64,000 nt of DNA from the NCBI GenBank assembly GCA_001785445.1, contig MFTV01000010.1:101566-165565 (forward strand). The letters are read 5' to 3'. Numbering within the stretch: the first letter of the stretch is position 1; each line of letters opens with the position of its first letter. This document shows, piece by piece, positions 51,741 to 60,392 of the stretch. Below the pieces are notes generated by a model that saw nothing but the letters and a program-made list of their open reading frames with translations, made no database searches and was not told where the DNA came from. The DNA is from Candidatus Nomurabacteria bacterium RIFCSPHIGHO2_02_40_30 (GTDB lineage: Bacteria > Patescibacteriota > Minisyncoccia > Phycocordibacterales > UBA9973). The position numbers were made by a program, and so were the translations under genes.

Positions 51741-52639
51741 ATATGTATTAAAGTTCCTTCAGATTCTAAGTCCCAAAACGGCCTTACTTGCAGAGGAATT
51801 TTTTTCTCTTTTACTTCCCTTAAAGTTTTCGGATGTACCAAGCCAACAGCATTAAACTCCAAATGTTTTTCAAAATCGTCATAGGTTATAAAATCTATTT
51901 TTTGGACATTTTCATTGCCGGCTAGTTTGGGATTTTTGTCCATAACCCCCGGCACATCTTTCCAAAGAACTACTTTGCTCGCATTCATAAGATTGCCCAG
52001 AATCCCCGCAGTGTAGTCGCTACCCTCGCGTCCCAGAGTCGTCATGCCTTCTTCGCAAAAACCGATAAATCCCTCGGTGACAATGTTTTTATGCGTAATA
52101 AATATTTCTTCTTTTATTTGTACTTTTAGATTTTCATTGGTGGCTTTTTTATCAACATTCGCGATATTAAAATTCGAATCTGTCTTGAGGAAATCAGTCG
52201 CATGGACAAGCTTGTTTTTTATACCAACATGAGAAAGGTATTCGCTGGCAACCAAAGAGCTCAATATTTCCCCATAGGGAACAATTTGGTCATAAATAAA
52301 CTTTTTATCTTCGCCTCGCCCTATTAAATACAGTCTCTCTTGCATCTTTTTAAAAAGATCTTCAATTATGCCGAAGGTCACATGCCCCTCGGGAAAAAGA
52401 TCTCGCGCAATTTCCAAATGAAAAGCTTTTAATTCATGCATTATCTTGCTACTTTCATTGGTGTCTCCACTCGCATAATTATGTAATATTTTTTCTAAGT
52501 TGTTTGTGGTCTTGCCAAAAGCGGAAAATACATTCATGGAATTTCCATGAATGTGCTTCTCGAAAGTTTTCGGCAAATGTCTGATGGCTTTAGCACTACT
52601 CATAATTCCGCCACCAAATTTGTTTATAATTAAGGACAT
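51737..52639 (-). CDS. aspartate kinase, catalytic domain only (no ACT domains)
   Basis: Start trimmed to MSLIINKFGGG. GREGSDYTA is present. It ends at ...ESEGTLIHI, where canonical enzymes continue into ACT repeats. Confidence 0.8.
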   Translation of the reverse strand: MSLIINKFGGGIMSSAKAIRHLPKTFEKHIHGNSMNVFSAFGKTTNNLEKILHNYASGDTNESSKIMHELKAFHLEIARDLFPEGHVTFGIIEDLFKKMQERLYLIGRGEDKKFIYDQIVPYGEILSSLVASEYLSHVGIKNKLVHATDFLKTDSNFNIANVDKKATNENLKVQIKEEIFITHKNIVTEGFIGFCEEGMTTLGREGSDYTAGILGNLMNASKVVLWKDVPGVMDKNPKLAGNENVQKIDFITYDDFEKHLEFNAVGLVHPKTLREVKEKKIPLQVRPFWDLESEGTLIHI

Positions 52640-52643
52640 AATT

Positions 52644-53651
52644 TTATATAAGGTTATTATTACACAAGTACTCGGCAATCTGCACTGCATTCGTGGCAGC
52701 GCCTTTGCGCAGATTGTCCGCCACGATCCACATATTTAGGGTTTTAGGATTTGATTCGTCACGGCGGAGCCTGCCGACAAAAACTTCATCCTTTCCTTCT
52801 GCATATATGGGCATGGGATATTTTAAATTCTGCACATCGTCTACAACCACAACTCCAGGCATTTCGGAAAGTAATGACCTTACTTTTTCCAGATCATATT
52901 CTTCTTTGAACTCCACATTCACTGACTCCGAATGCCCGCCGATAACTGGAATCCGAACAGCAGTGGTAGTTATACATATGCTTTCATCACCTAAAATTTT
53001 TCTGGTTTCATTTTCCATTTTCATTTCTTCTTTGGTGTAGCCGTTTGGAAGAAAAATGTCAACTTGGGGAATTAAATTTAAGTCAATCGGGTAGGCATAC
53101 GCCATCTCACCCTCTACTCCTCTCCTTTCATTCATGAGCTGGTCCACTGCGCCTTTCCCTGTACCGGTAACTGACTGATAGGTGGAGACAACTATTCTTT
53201 TTATTCCAAACTCTTTATGGAGCGGATAAAGCGCGAGAACCAATTGCGTCGTCGAACAATTCGGTTTGGCAATAATTTTGTCTTCTTTGGTTAAAATACT
53301 GCCATTTACCTCAGGTATTATAATTTTTTTAGAAGGATCCAGCCTCCACGCCGAAGAACTATCAATCACTATTGCGCCAGCTTCCACGAAAAATGGAGCC
53401 CACTCCAGAGATACTGCCGAACCAGCGGAAAAAAAAGCGATGTCCGGCTTCCCTGCTAGCGCATCTTCGATGGAGATGATTTTATGCGACACTCCGTTAA
53501 AAGTTATTTCTTTGCCAACTGATTTTTGGCTTGCTATTGGAAGCAACTCTGAAACAGGAAAATTTCTTTCTTCCAAGATTTTTAGTATAGTCCTGCCGAC
53601 AAGACCGGACGCTCCAATTATTGCAACTTTTTTCTTATTATTATTTAGCAT
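52644..53651 (-). CDS. asd: aspartate-semialdehyde dehydrogenase
   Basis: VAIIGASGLVG, catalytic NCST, and GHSES. Confidence 0.95.
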   Translation of the reverse strand: MLNNNKKKVAIIGASGLVGRTILKILEERNFPVSELLPIASQKSVGKEITFNGVSHKIISIEDALAGKPDIAFFSAGSAVSLEWAPFFVEAGAIVIDSSSAWRLDPSKKIIIPEVNGSILTKEDKIIAKPNCSTTQLVLALYPLHKEFGIKRIVVSTYQSVTGTGKGAVDQLMNERRGVEGEMAYAYPIDLNLIPQVDIFLPNGYTKEEMKMENETRKILGDESICITTTAVRIPVIGGHSESVNVEFKEEYDLEKVRSLLSEMPGVVVVDDVQNLKYPMPIYAEGKDEVFVGRLRRDESNPKTLNMWIVADNLRKGAATNAVQIAEYLCNNNLI

Positions 53652-54883
53652 TATAATTTTAAATTCTTTTGTATACTTTTAACCGCTTTTATTATATTTT
53701 CTCTGTGCCCGAAAGCAGTCAAACGCAAATAGCTCTCCCCTTCGGAGCCAAAACCAGAGCCGGGCGTACCCACAACATATGCTTCTTCCAATAATTTGTT
53801 AAAAAACTGCAAAGAACTTAAATTACGCGGAGTTTTAACCCAGATATATGGCGCATGTTCTCCGCCAAAAACTTTCAAGCCAAGTTTCTGTAAAGCTTTC
53901 TTTATGAGCATCGCATTTTTCATATAGTAACCAACTAAATTTTTACTTTCTTTTTGACCGGCAGGTGATAAAACCGCCAAGGCGCCTTCTTGAGATATAT
54001 TAGACGCTCCATTGAACATAGTGCCCTGCCGTCTGCTCCACAAACCGTTAACTATGCCTTTTTTTGTCTTTTCAATAACTAAATCCATCGGCACTACCGT
54101 CCACCCTAATCGCACACCCGTAAACCCCGCCCACTTGGAAAAACTATTAACTTCTATGGCGCACTTTTTGGCTCCGGGTATTTCGTAGATGCTTTTTGGT
54201 AAAGATTTGTTTGATATGTATTCGACGTAAGTGGCATCGAAAATTATTACCGCTTTGTTCTTTAGAGCATAATCTACAAAAGCTTTTAATTGCTTTCTTG
54301 TAGCGGCAGAGCCGGTAGGGTTATTGGGATTACAAAGATAAATTATATCCACTTTTTGTTTTGGAGGGTTTGGCACAAAATTATTTTTTTCATTACATGC
54401 CATATACACCAGGCCTTGATATTTTCCGTTGACGCATTTTCCAGTCCTACCTGATATAACCGCAGTATCTAAATATGCCGGATACACAGGGTCCGAAATT
54501 GCTACGACATTATTCAAACTAAATATTGACTGTATATTTGCCAAGTCTGTTTTGGCTCCATCATTGATAAAAATTTCTTGCATCCTCAAGCTAATGTTTC
54601 TTTTTTTATAAAAATTCACCAACGCAGTTAATAGTCTCAAATTCCCCTCTTTGCCTTCGGCGTCTTGGTAGCCTATATATGTTTTAACGTTCCCAAGCCT
54701 TTTTACTCCTTCGTGCAATCCTTTAATGACGGTAGGAGTTAAAGGCTCTGTGGTATCACCAACTCCGAGCTTTAGAACCTCTACACTGGGATTTTTTTTC
54801 ATAAACTCCTGCGTCAGTTTGGAAACCTCGCCAAATAAATATCCTTTTTGCAATTTATTGTAATTTTTATTAATGGTGGCCAT
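53651..54883 (-). CDS. dapL: LL-diaminopimelate aminotransferase
   Basis: N-terminus INKNYNKLQKGYLF and SFSKWAGFTGVRLGW (PLP Lys), as I recall for the DapL family. Confidence 0.85.
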   Translation of the reverse strand: MATINKNYNKLQKGYLFGEVSKLTQEFMKKNPSVEVLKLGVGDTTEPLTPTVIKGLHEGVKRLGNVKTYIGYQDAEGKEGNLRLLTALVNFYKKRNISLRMQEIFINDGAKTDLANIQSIFSLNNVVAISDPVYPAYLDTAVISGRTGKCVNGKYQGLVYMACNEKNNFVPNPPKQKVDIIYLCNPNNPTGSAATRKQLKAFVDYALKNKAVIIFDATYVEYISNKSLPKSIYEIPGAKKCAIEVNSFSKWAGFTGVRLGWTVVPMDLVIEKTKKGIVNGLWSRRQGTMFNGASNISQEGALAVLSPAGQKESKNLVGYYMKNAMLIKKALQKLGLKVFGGEHAPYIWVKTPRNLSSLQFFNKLLEEAYVVGTPGSGFGSEGESYLRLTAFGHRENIIKAVKSIQKNLKL

Positions 54884-54885
54884 TA

Positions 54886-55797
54886 TTATTTTATCAACTT
54901 TAACTCTTTCAAGACTTTCTCTATGATAGGCCTATTTTTTTCTTCGATAAAAGTTAACGGCAATCTGAAACTTTCTGTGATAAGCCCCATTTGGGCCAGA
55001 GCCGTCTTTACCGGAATGGGATTAGACTCGATAAAGTTAACATTCATCAAGTCAAGAAGTTTATAGTGTAATTTCTTTGCTTCTTCTAATTTACCTTTGA
55101 GAGCGCAGTGAATCATGTCAGAAAATAATTTTGGGGTCTCGTTACAGACCACAGAAATACAGCCTTTGCCTCCAAGAGCAATAAGAGGCAATGCCAAGGC
55201 ATCATCACCAGATAGAACGACAAAGTTTTTAAGATTTTTGGAACCGTTTTTTGCTTCGTTTATAATTTCCATCATCTGGTTTAATGAACCGGAGGCTTCT
55301 TTGACTGCTACAACTTTTGGCACTTCTCGCGCTATTTTGATAATAGCTCCCGGCTGTATATTAGAACCGGTTCTCCCGGGAACATTGTAAATAATGATAG
55401 GCAGATTCACAGCTTTTGAGATTGCTTTAAAGTGAAGCACCAGACCGGCAGGAGTCGGCTTGTTGTAGTAAGGCGTTACGTGAAGCAGACCGTCCACTCC
55501 GGCGGACTTGGCCAGCTTAGAAAAGTGAATCGCTTTTTTAGTATCATTGGAACCGGCTCCGGCAATGACCGGAATTCTTCCTGCAACTTTTTTTACTACT
55601 GTTTTTACAACAGTAATATATTCTTCATCGTTGAGCGTAGCTGCTTCTCCAGTGGAGCCGGCAACCACAATGCCATCCACTCCGCCTTTGAGCTGATATT
55701 CAACCAACTTCTCCAATGCCGGTAAATCCAAATCTCCATTTTTCTTAAATGGTGTGACTATTGCCGGAATTGAGCCAAAAAATTTTATTTTTTTCAT
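54886..55797 (-). CDS. dapA: 4-hydroxy-tetrahydrodipicolinate synthase
   Basis: GSIPAIVTPF, GSTGEA, YNVPGRTG, and the Schiff-base Lys in VAVKEASG. Start taken at MKKIKFFG; the track start at 55821 is also possible. Confidence 0.9.
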   Translation of the reverse strand: MKKIKFFGSIPAIVTPFKKNGDLDLPALEKLVEYQLKGGVDGIVVAGSTGEAATLNDEEYITVVKTVVKKVAGRIPVIAGAGSNDTKKAIHFSKLAKSAGVDGLLHVTPYYNKPTPAGLVLHFKAISKAVNLPIIIYNVPGRTGSNIQPGAIIKIAREVPKVVAVKEASGSLNQMMEIINEAKNGSKNLKNFVVLSGDDALALPLIALGGKGCISVVCNETPKLFSDMIHCALKGKLEEAKKLHYKLLDLMNVNFIESNPIPVKTALAQMGLITESFRLPLTFIEEKNRPIIEKVLKELKLIK

Positions 55798-55798
55798 T

Positions 55799-56476
55799 TT
55801 ATATTTTGAATAAATGTTCAAAAGGATACATCCCTTTTTTGTTACTAATAAATTTGGTAGCTAATAATGCCCCTTTGGCAAATCCCATTCTACTGTATGC
55901 TTGATGAGAAAATGTGATGCCATCAGCGACGCTGTCGAACACCACTTCGTGGAAACCTGGGTTTCTGCCCGCACGAATTGAAGTAAAGTTTAATCCATTG
56001 ACTTTGCTCGCAATTTTCAAGGCAGTACCGGAAGGACTGTCGAGCTTGGCTTTGTGGTGAACTTCCAGCCCATACACATCATAATCCGGAAATTTAGCAA
56101 AAAGCGAAGAGGCAAAATCCATTATCTTGAAAAATATATTTACTCCCACCGAAAAATTCGGACTGTAGACTAAACCTATTTTATTTTTGCTGACTAATTT
56201 TTTTACGGTATCCATTTTGTCATACCACCCAGTGGTGCCTATGACCATATTCACGCCGAGCTTTCCTACTTGCTCTATATTCTTTATAACCACATCCGGT
56301 GAAGTAAAGTCTATGGCAACATCTGCTTTTTTAATACCTTCTACGTCCAGCTTGTCATTTATATTTTTATAACTCACTGAAACCACTTCAAAATCTCGAG
56401 AATCTTCACATAGAGCATTCACTTCTTTACCCATTTTTCCAAAGCCAATTAAGGCAATTTTTATTCTACTTTTCAT
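55799..56476 (-). CDS. dapB: 4-hydroxy-tetrahydrodipicolinate reductase (short form)
   Basis: IALIGFGKMGKEV, GTTG, and HHKAKLDSPSGTA. Confidence 0.85.
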   Translation of the reverse strand: MKSRIKIALIGFGKMGKEVNALCEDSRDFEVVSVSYKNINDKLDVEGIKKADVAIDFTSPDVVIKNIEQVGKLGVNMVIGTTGWYDKMDTVKKLVSKNKIGLVYSPNFSVGVNIFFKIMDFASSLFAKFPDYDVYGLEVHHKAKLDSPSGTALKIASKVNGLNFTSIRAGRNPGFHEVVFDSVADGITFSHQAYSRMGFAKGALLATKFISNKKGMYPFEHLFKI

Positions 56477-56571
56477 TTATATATAGGATAACAAGTATAT
56501 TAGTAGAAGTTAAATTTTTTAACATTAACACTGTTATTGCAACTTTTTGTTAAATCTATTAGAATATCAGC

Positions 56572-57237
56572 ATGATAAAAATACAGTCAGCTGTGCGAGA
56601 TATAGTGCTAGAAGAAATAGAGGCTTATTTTGCCCTAACCAACGGCTACATGAATATGAGCAGTTATGCGTACCGGATAAAGTCAAAGGTAGAGTTACTC
56701 ACAAAAAAGCACACAACTATAGCGAGTTTGGTGGTTTCCCTCTCCCGCCTTGCGAAAGAACTGAAAAAAGAGAGACCGCTGATACATAAAGTAGCAATAA
56801 AAAATATTACTACCAAACTTCCACTCACGGAGATAGCTTATGAAAATAGTACCAAATTCATTGAGAAGTTGGAATCATTGCATAAAAATATTTCTGTATC
56901 TGCAGAAGACTTTTTTACTACAACTATTGGCACCACAGAAATCGATATTATTTGCTCGTCTAATCTGGAGGCTAAAATTTTGAAACATTTCACTATGAAA
57001 CCGAAGTGGGTAAACCATAACTTTGCCGCCATCGGAGTTTCTTACGGTCCGGAAGTTTTCGGCACTCCAAATGTTTTTTTCTCCCTTCTCTCGGTAACTG
57101 CTCGCGCCCGCATCAACATAGAAGAGCTGGTCTCCACGCCCACCGAGCTCATCTTCATCGTGGCCGAAGCTGACTTCGGCAGAACCGTGGCTCTGTTTTC
57201 AGAGTTGCACAGAGAAGTAAACAATGATAACCTATAA
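56572..57237 (+). CDS. free-standing ACT-like protein, paralog 2
   Basis: Gap-free alignment to 50140-50799 (about 55-60% identity by eye). First gene of the rpsU-ybeY-ftsA unit. Confidence 0.6.
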   Translation: MIKIQSAVRDIVLEEIEAYFALTNGYMNMSSYAYRIKSKVELLTKKHTTIASLVVSLSRLAKELKKERPLIHKVAIKNITTKLPLTEIAYENSTKFIEKLESLHKNISVSAEDFFTTTIGTTEIDIICSSNLEAKILKHFTMKPKWVNHNFAAIGVSYGPEVFGTPNVFFSLLSVTARARINIEELVSTPTELIFIVAEADFGRTVALFSELHREVNNDNL

Positions 57238-57242
57238 TTTAT

Positions 57243-57476
57243 ATGGCAAAAACAGTAATAGAAATTAGGAAGAAACCAAACGAAAACAACGCCAGTATTT
57301 TGCGCCGTTTTTCTCGCAGAATTCAGGAATCCGGAATTATTCGCAACGTGAAAAGCGCTCGCTACAACGTCAGAAAAGAATCCAAACTAAAAGTGAAAAA
57401 CAGCGCCCTAAAAAGAATGGCCAGGAGATATGAAATAGAGAAACTCAAGAAGCTCGGCAAGATGGCAACCAAGTAG
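57243..57476 (+). CDS. rpsU: 30S ribosomal protein S21
   Basis: Basic 77-aa protein containing ILRRFSRRIQESGI... Confidence 0.8.
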   Translation: MAKTVIEIRKKPNENNASILRRFSRRIQESGIIRNVKSARYNVRKESKLKVKNSALKRMARRYEIEKLKKLGKMATK

Positions 57477-57480
57477 TAAT

Positions 57481-57891
57481 ATGTTTGATAAAGTCAAAAA
57501 TGACATCTTGGGCAAAGATTATGACCTTTCTATAGCATTTGTTAGTGAAAAAAAATCTAGAGAACTAAATAAAAAATGGAGATATAAAGACAAGGCGACT
57601 AATGTCTTGTCTTTCTCTTTACGTAAAGACACGGGGGAGCTTGTGTTATGCAACGCTGTAATTAAAAAGGAAACAAAAAAGTTCGACAAAACTTTTCCGC
57701 AATTAGTCGGTTTTTTAGTTATCCACGGCATGCTTCATTTGAAAGGTATGCGACATAGTAGTACAATGGAGAGAGCAGAAAAAAAATACTGTAAAAAATA
57801 TGGTAAGAAATATTTCAGTAGGAATAGACGTGGGCTCCGGAACGACGAGAGTCGTAGTGGGAGAGTTCGTAAAAGGAGAAAAAAATCCTAA
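57481..57891 (+). CDS. ybeY: rRNA maturation endoribonuclease YbeY
   Basis: Zinc motif HGMLHLKGMRH. The basic C-terminal tail overlaps ftsA by 92 nt. Confidence 0.8.
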   Translation: MFDKVKNDILGKDYDLSIAFVSEKKSRELNKKWRYKDKATNVLSFSLRKDTGELVLCNAVIKKETKKFDKTFPQLVGFLVIHGMLHLKGMRHSSTMERAEKKYCKKYGKKYFSRNRRGLRNDESRSGRVRKRRKKS

Positions 57892-58960
57892 AATTATTGG
57901 CGTGGGCGAGGCTGAAACTTCGGGACTGCGACATGGCTATGTGATTGACGCAAATTCCGCATTAATTTCAATAAAAAATGCGGTGGCAAATGCAGAGAAA
58001 ACTTCTGGAATAAAAATAAAGCGAGCATTTGTCAGTGTCAGTGGCAGTACCCTGCGGGGAGAAACTGGCTCCGGTGGAGTTATCATATCCAAGGCTGACG
58101 GCGAGGTAACTACCCTTGACATAAACAAAGCATTGGAAGATTGTGAAAACAACTTAAATTTGGGAAATAAGAAAGTTATTCATGTCTACCCTGTTTCCTT
58201 CCGACTTGACGGTAAAGAGGTGCTGGGCCGACTAGAAGGCATGCGTGGCACCAGGCTTGAAGTAAAAGCTCTTTTTGTTACTTATTCTATCCAGCACTTG
58301 GAAGACTTAATAGCGGTAATTGCCGAAGCTGGAGTGGAAACCATAGACGTCATCGCCTCCCCTGTAGCGCTCGCTAACATAGCTTTAACGGAAAAACAGA
58401 AAATAGTGGGAGTGGCGCTGGTTGATATCGGAGAGGAGACAACGTCACTTTCTGTTTTTGAAAATGGAAAATTGATATCAATTTTTACTTTTTCTATAGG
58501 CTCAACGGATATTACGAATGATATTGCTTTGGGATTTAAAATTCCACTTGATGTAGCCGAAAAATTAAAACGCGGAGATAATGCCGAAGAATTTTCAAAG
58601 AAAAAATTAGATGAGTTTATCGAGGCACGCTTGTCTGATATTTTTGAATTGATAGAAAATCATTTAAAAAAGATAAAGAGATCGGGGCTATTACCGGCCG
58701 GTATCATCTTTGTCGGTGGCGGCGCGAATGTAAGAGGGCTGGTAGAGTTGTCAAAAATGGTGCTGAAACTCCCCTCTGCCATGGGAACAAGTGAGATTTT
58801 CAGTAATTCGAAAACCAAGCTTCGTGACTGTTCTTGGTTTACTGTTCTGGGGCTTTTAGCATCCAAAGACAATGACGGCTATTCTGAAAATTCATTTGTT
58901 AACTTTTATAAAGATCTAAAAAATGCACTAAAATCAAGCATAAAACAGCTACTGCCGTAG
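57800..58960 (+). CDS. ftsA: cell division protein FtsA
   Basis: Actin-fold phosphate loops VGIDVGSGTTRV and LVDIGEETTS, plus GGGANVRGL. Confidence 0.85.
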   Translation: MVRNISVGIDVGSGTTRVVVGEFVKGEKNPKIIGVGEAETSGLRHGYVIDANSALISIKNAVANAEKTSGIKIKRAFVSVSGSTLRGETGSGGVIISKADGEVTTLDINKALEDCENNLNLGNKKVIHVYPVSFRLDGKEVLGRLEGMRGTRLEVKALFVTYSIQHLEDLIAVIAEAGVETIDVIASPVALANIALTEKQKIVGVALVDIGEETTSLSVFENGKLISIFTFSIGSTDITNDIALGFKIPLDVAEKLKRGDNAEEFSKKKLDEFIEARLSDIFELIENHLKKIKRSGLLPAGIIFVGGGANVRGLVELSKMVLKLPSAMGTSEIFSNSKTKLRDCSWFTVLGLLASKDNDGYSENSFVNFYKDLKNALKSSIKQLLP

Positions 58961-58996
58961 CTTCGCTAGTTTTCAACTTTTAATTTTTAATTTTTA

Positions 58997-59021
58997 AAAA
59001 GCAGATAATTTGCTTTTTTTT
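58997..59021 (+). terminator. intrinsic terminator/attenuator between ftsA and ftsZ
   Basis: AAAAGCA-gataatt-TGCTTTT followed by a T-run. Confidence 0.6.
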
Positions 59022-59084
59022 GCTCTAGTGCTAGTATGTCTCCTATAAAGTCATATACATATTATCAATTATAAGAACACATTT

Positions 59085-60254
59085 ATGCCAAAAATCAATC
59101 AAGCAATAGAGAGTTTCGCCCGTATTATGGTCATCGGAATAGGCGGGTCAGGCAAGAATGCCATTAACCATATGATAAATTCTAAGGTTAAGGGTGTAAG
59201 TTTTATTTGTATGAATACCGACACGCAGGACTTGCACCACTCGCTCGCTGAGAAGAAAATTCACATAGGGAAAAATCTTACCAAGGGCTTGGGCGCCGGC
59301 ATGGACCCGGAAATCGGAAAAAAAGCCGCTGAAGAAACTAAATCGGAAATCCAAGATGTCATCAAGGGAGCTGATATGATATTCATCGCTTGTGGCATGG
59401 GCGGAGGCACGGGCACAGGCGCCGCGCCGATAGTAGCTCGCGCAGCTAAAGAACAAGGAATATTGACAGTGGCAGTTACCACCAAGCCTTTCTTTTTTGA
59501 AGGCAACCACCGAATGAAAATCGCGGAAAAAGGCATTGAGGAATTGGCCAAAGATGTGGACGCTATCATTACAATTCCAAATGACAAGTTACTGCAATTA
59601 TCTGAAAAAAATACAAATTTTAAAGACGCTTTCGCCAGATGCGATGATGTACTAAGGCAGGCCGTAGAAGGCATTTCCGACTTGATAACCACCCCCGGTA
59701 TTATAAATGTTGACTTCGCAGATATCCGAGCTATTATGTCCGATGCCGGTAGCGCGCTTATGGGTATAGGCCTTGCTTCCGGTGAAAAACGCGCTGAAAA
59801 AGCGGCGCTTCAGGCTATCAATTCTCCCCTTTTAGAAGTCTCTATAAATGGTGCCAAGGGTGTCCTCTTTGCCATTTCCGGCGGAGAAGACGTAACAATC
59901 CAAGAAATTCAAGAGGCTGCTAAAATAATCACCGAGTCAATTGACAAAGATGCGAAGGTGATATTCGGCACAATTAAGGATGAGAAATTGAAAAAGGGTG
60001 AATTAAAAGTCACAGTCATAGCTACCAGCTTCACGGCTGATGCACCTCGCAAAAGTCTTTTTACGGGAACCCTGTTAAAAGAAGAAAATGCGGCTATGGC
60101 TAAAAAGGAGATACATAACAGCATCCAGAGCGGAAGTACCAGCAGTGATTTTTTTAAGAAAGATAAAAAAGCAGAAGTGGAAGAAATAGTTATTGAAGAC
60201 GACGGAGACGACTGGAGCGCTGTTCCAGCATTTTTGAGACGTAAGAAGAATTAG
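59085..60254 (+). CDS. ftsZ: cell division protein FtsZ
   Basis: GIGGSGKNA, the tubulin signature GGGTGTGAAP, and NVDFADI. Confidence 0.95.
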   Translation: MPKINQAIESFARIMVIGIGGSGKNAINHMINSKVKGVSFICMNTDTQDLHHSLAEKKIHIGKNLTKGLGAGMDPEIGKKAAEETKSEIQDVIKGADMIFIACGMGGGTGTGAAPIVARAAKEQGILTVAVTTKPFFFEGNHRMKIAEKGIEELAKDVDAIITIPNDKLLQLSEKNTNFKDAFARCDDVLRQAVEGISDLITTPGIINVDFADIRAIMSDAGSALMGIGLASGEKRAEKAALQAINSPLLEVSINGAKGVLFAISGGEDVTIQEIQEAAKIITESIDKDAKVIFGTIKDEKLKKGELKVTVIATSFTADAPRKSLFTGTLLKEENAAMAKKEIHNSIQSGSTSSDFFKKDKKAEVEEIVIEDDGDDWSAVPAFLRRKKN

Positions 60255-60256
60255 AG

Positions 60257-60369
60257 GAAGTTTTTGAAACAAGCTTTTGTAGGGGTTTCGAGGCTGGCGA
60301 GCCGAGAACTTCAGAGTTTTTTAAGCTTCAAAAAACTCGTACCGAAAAAAGCTTTGTTTCAAAAACTTC
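60257..60369. repeat. 113-nt nested inverted-repeat element (22-bp outer stem enclosing two hairpins)
   Basis: GAAGTTTTTGAAACAAGCTTTT (60257-60278) pairs with 60347-60369, with one bulged T. Inner hairpins lie at 60288-60307 and 60314-60338. Confidence 0.8.
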
Positions 60370-60392
60370 TTTACATAGTGTATACTAAATAT

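Noticed and set aside
56547-56789. 80-aa ORF overlapping the start of ACT-like paralog 2 in another frame.
   Set aside because: The paralog frame (56572-57237) is supported by a gap-free alignment to 50140-50799. The alternative frame has no support.
58961-58996. The tandem TTTTAA repeats after ftsA and other short A/T runs, considered as possible CRISPR arrays or satellite repeats.
   Set aside because: These are only 3 short low-complexity units with no spacer-repeat organisation. No CRISPR-like array exists anywhere in the window.
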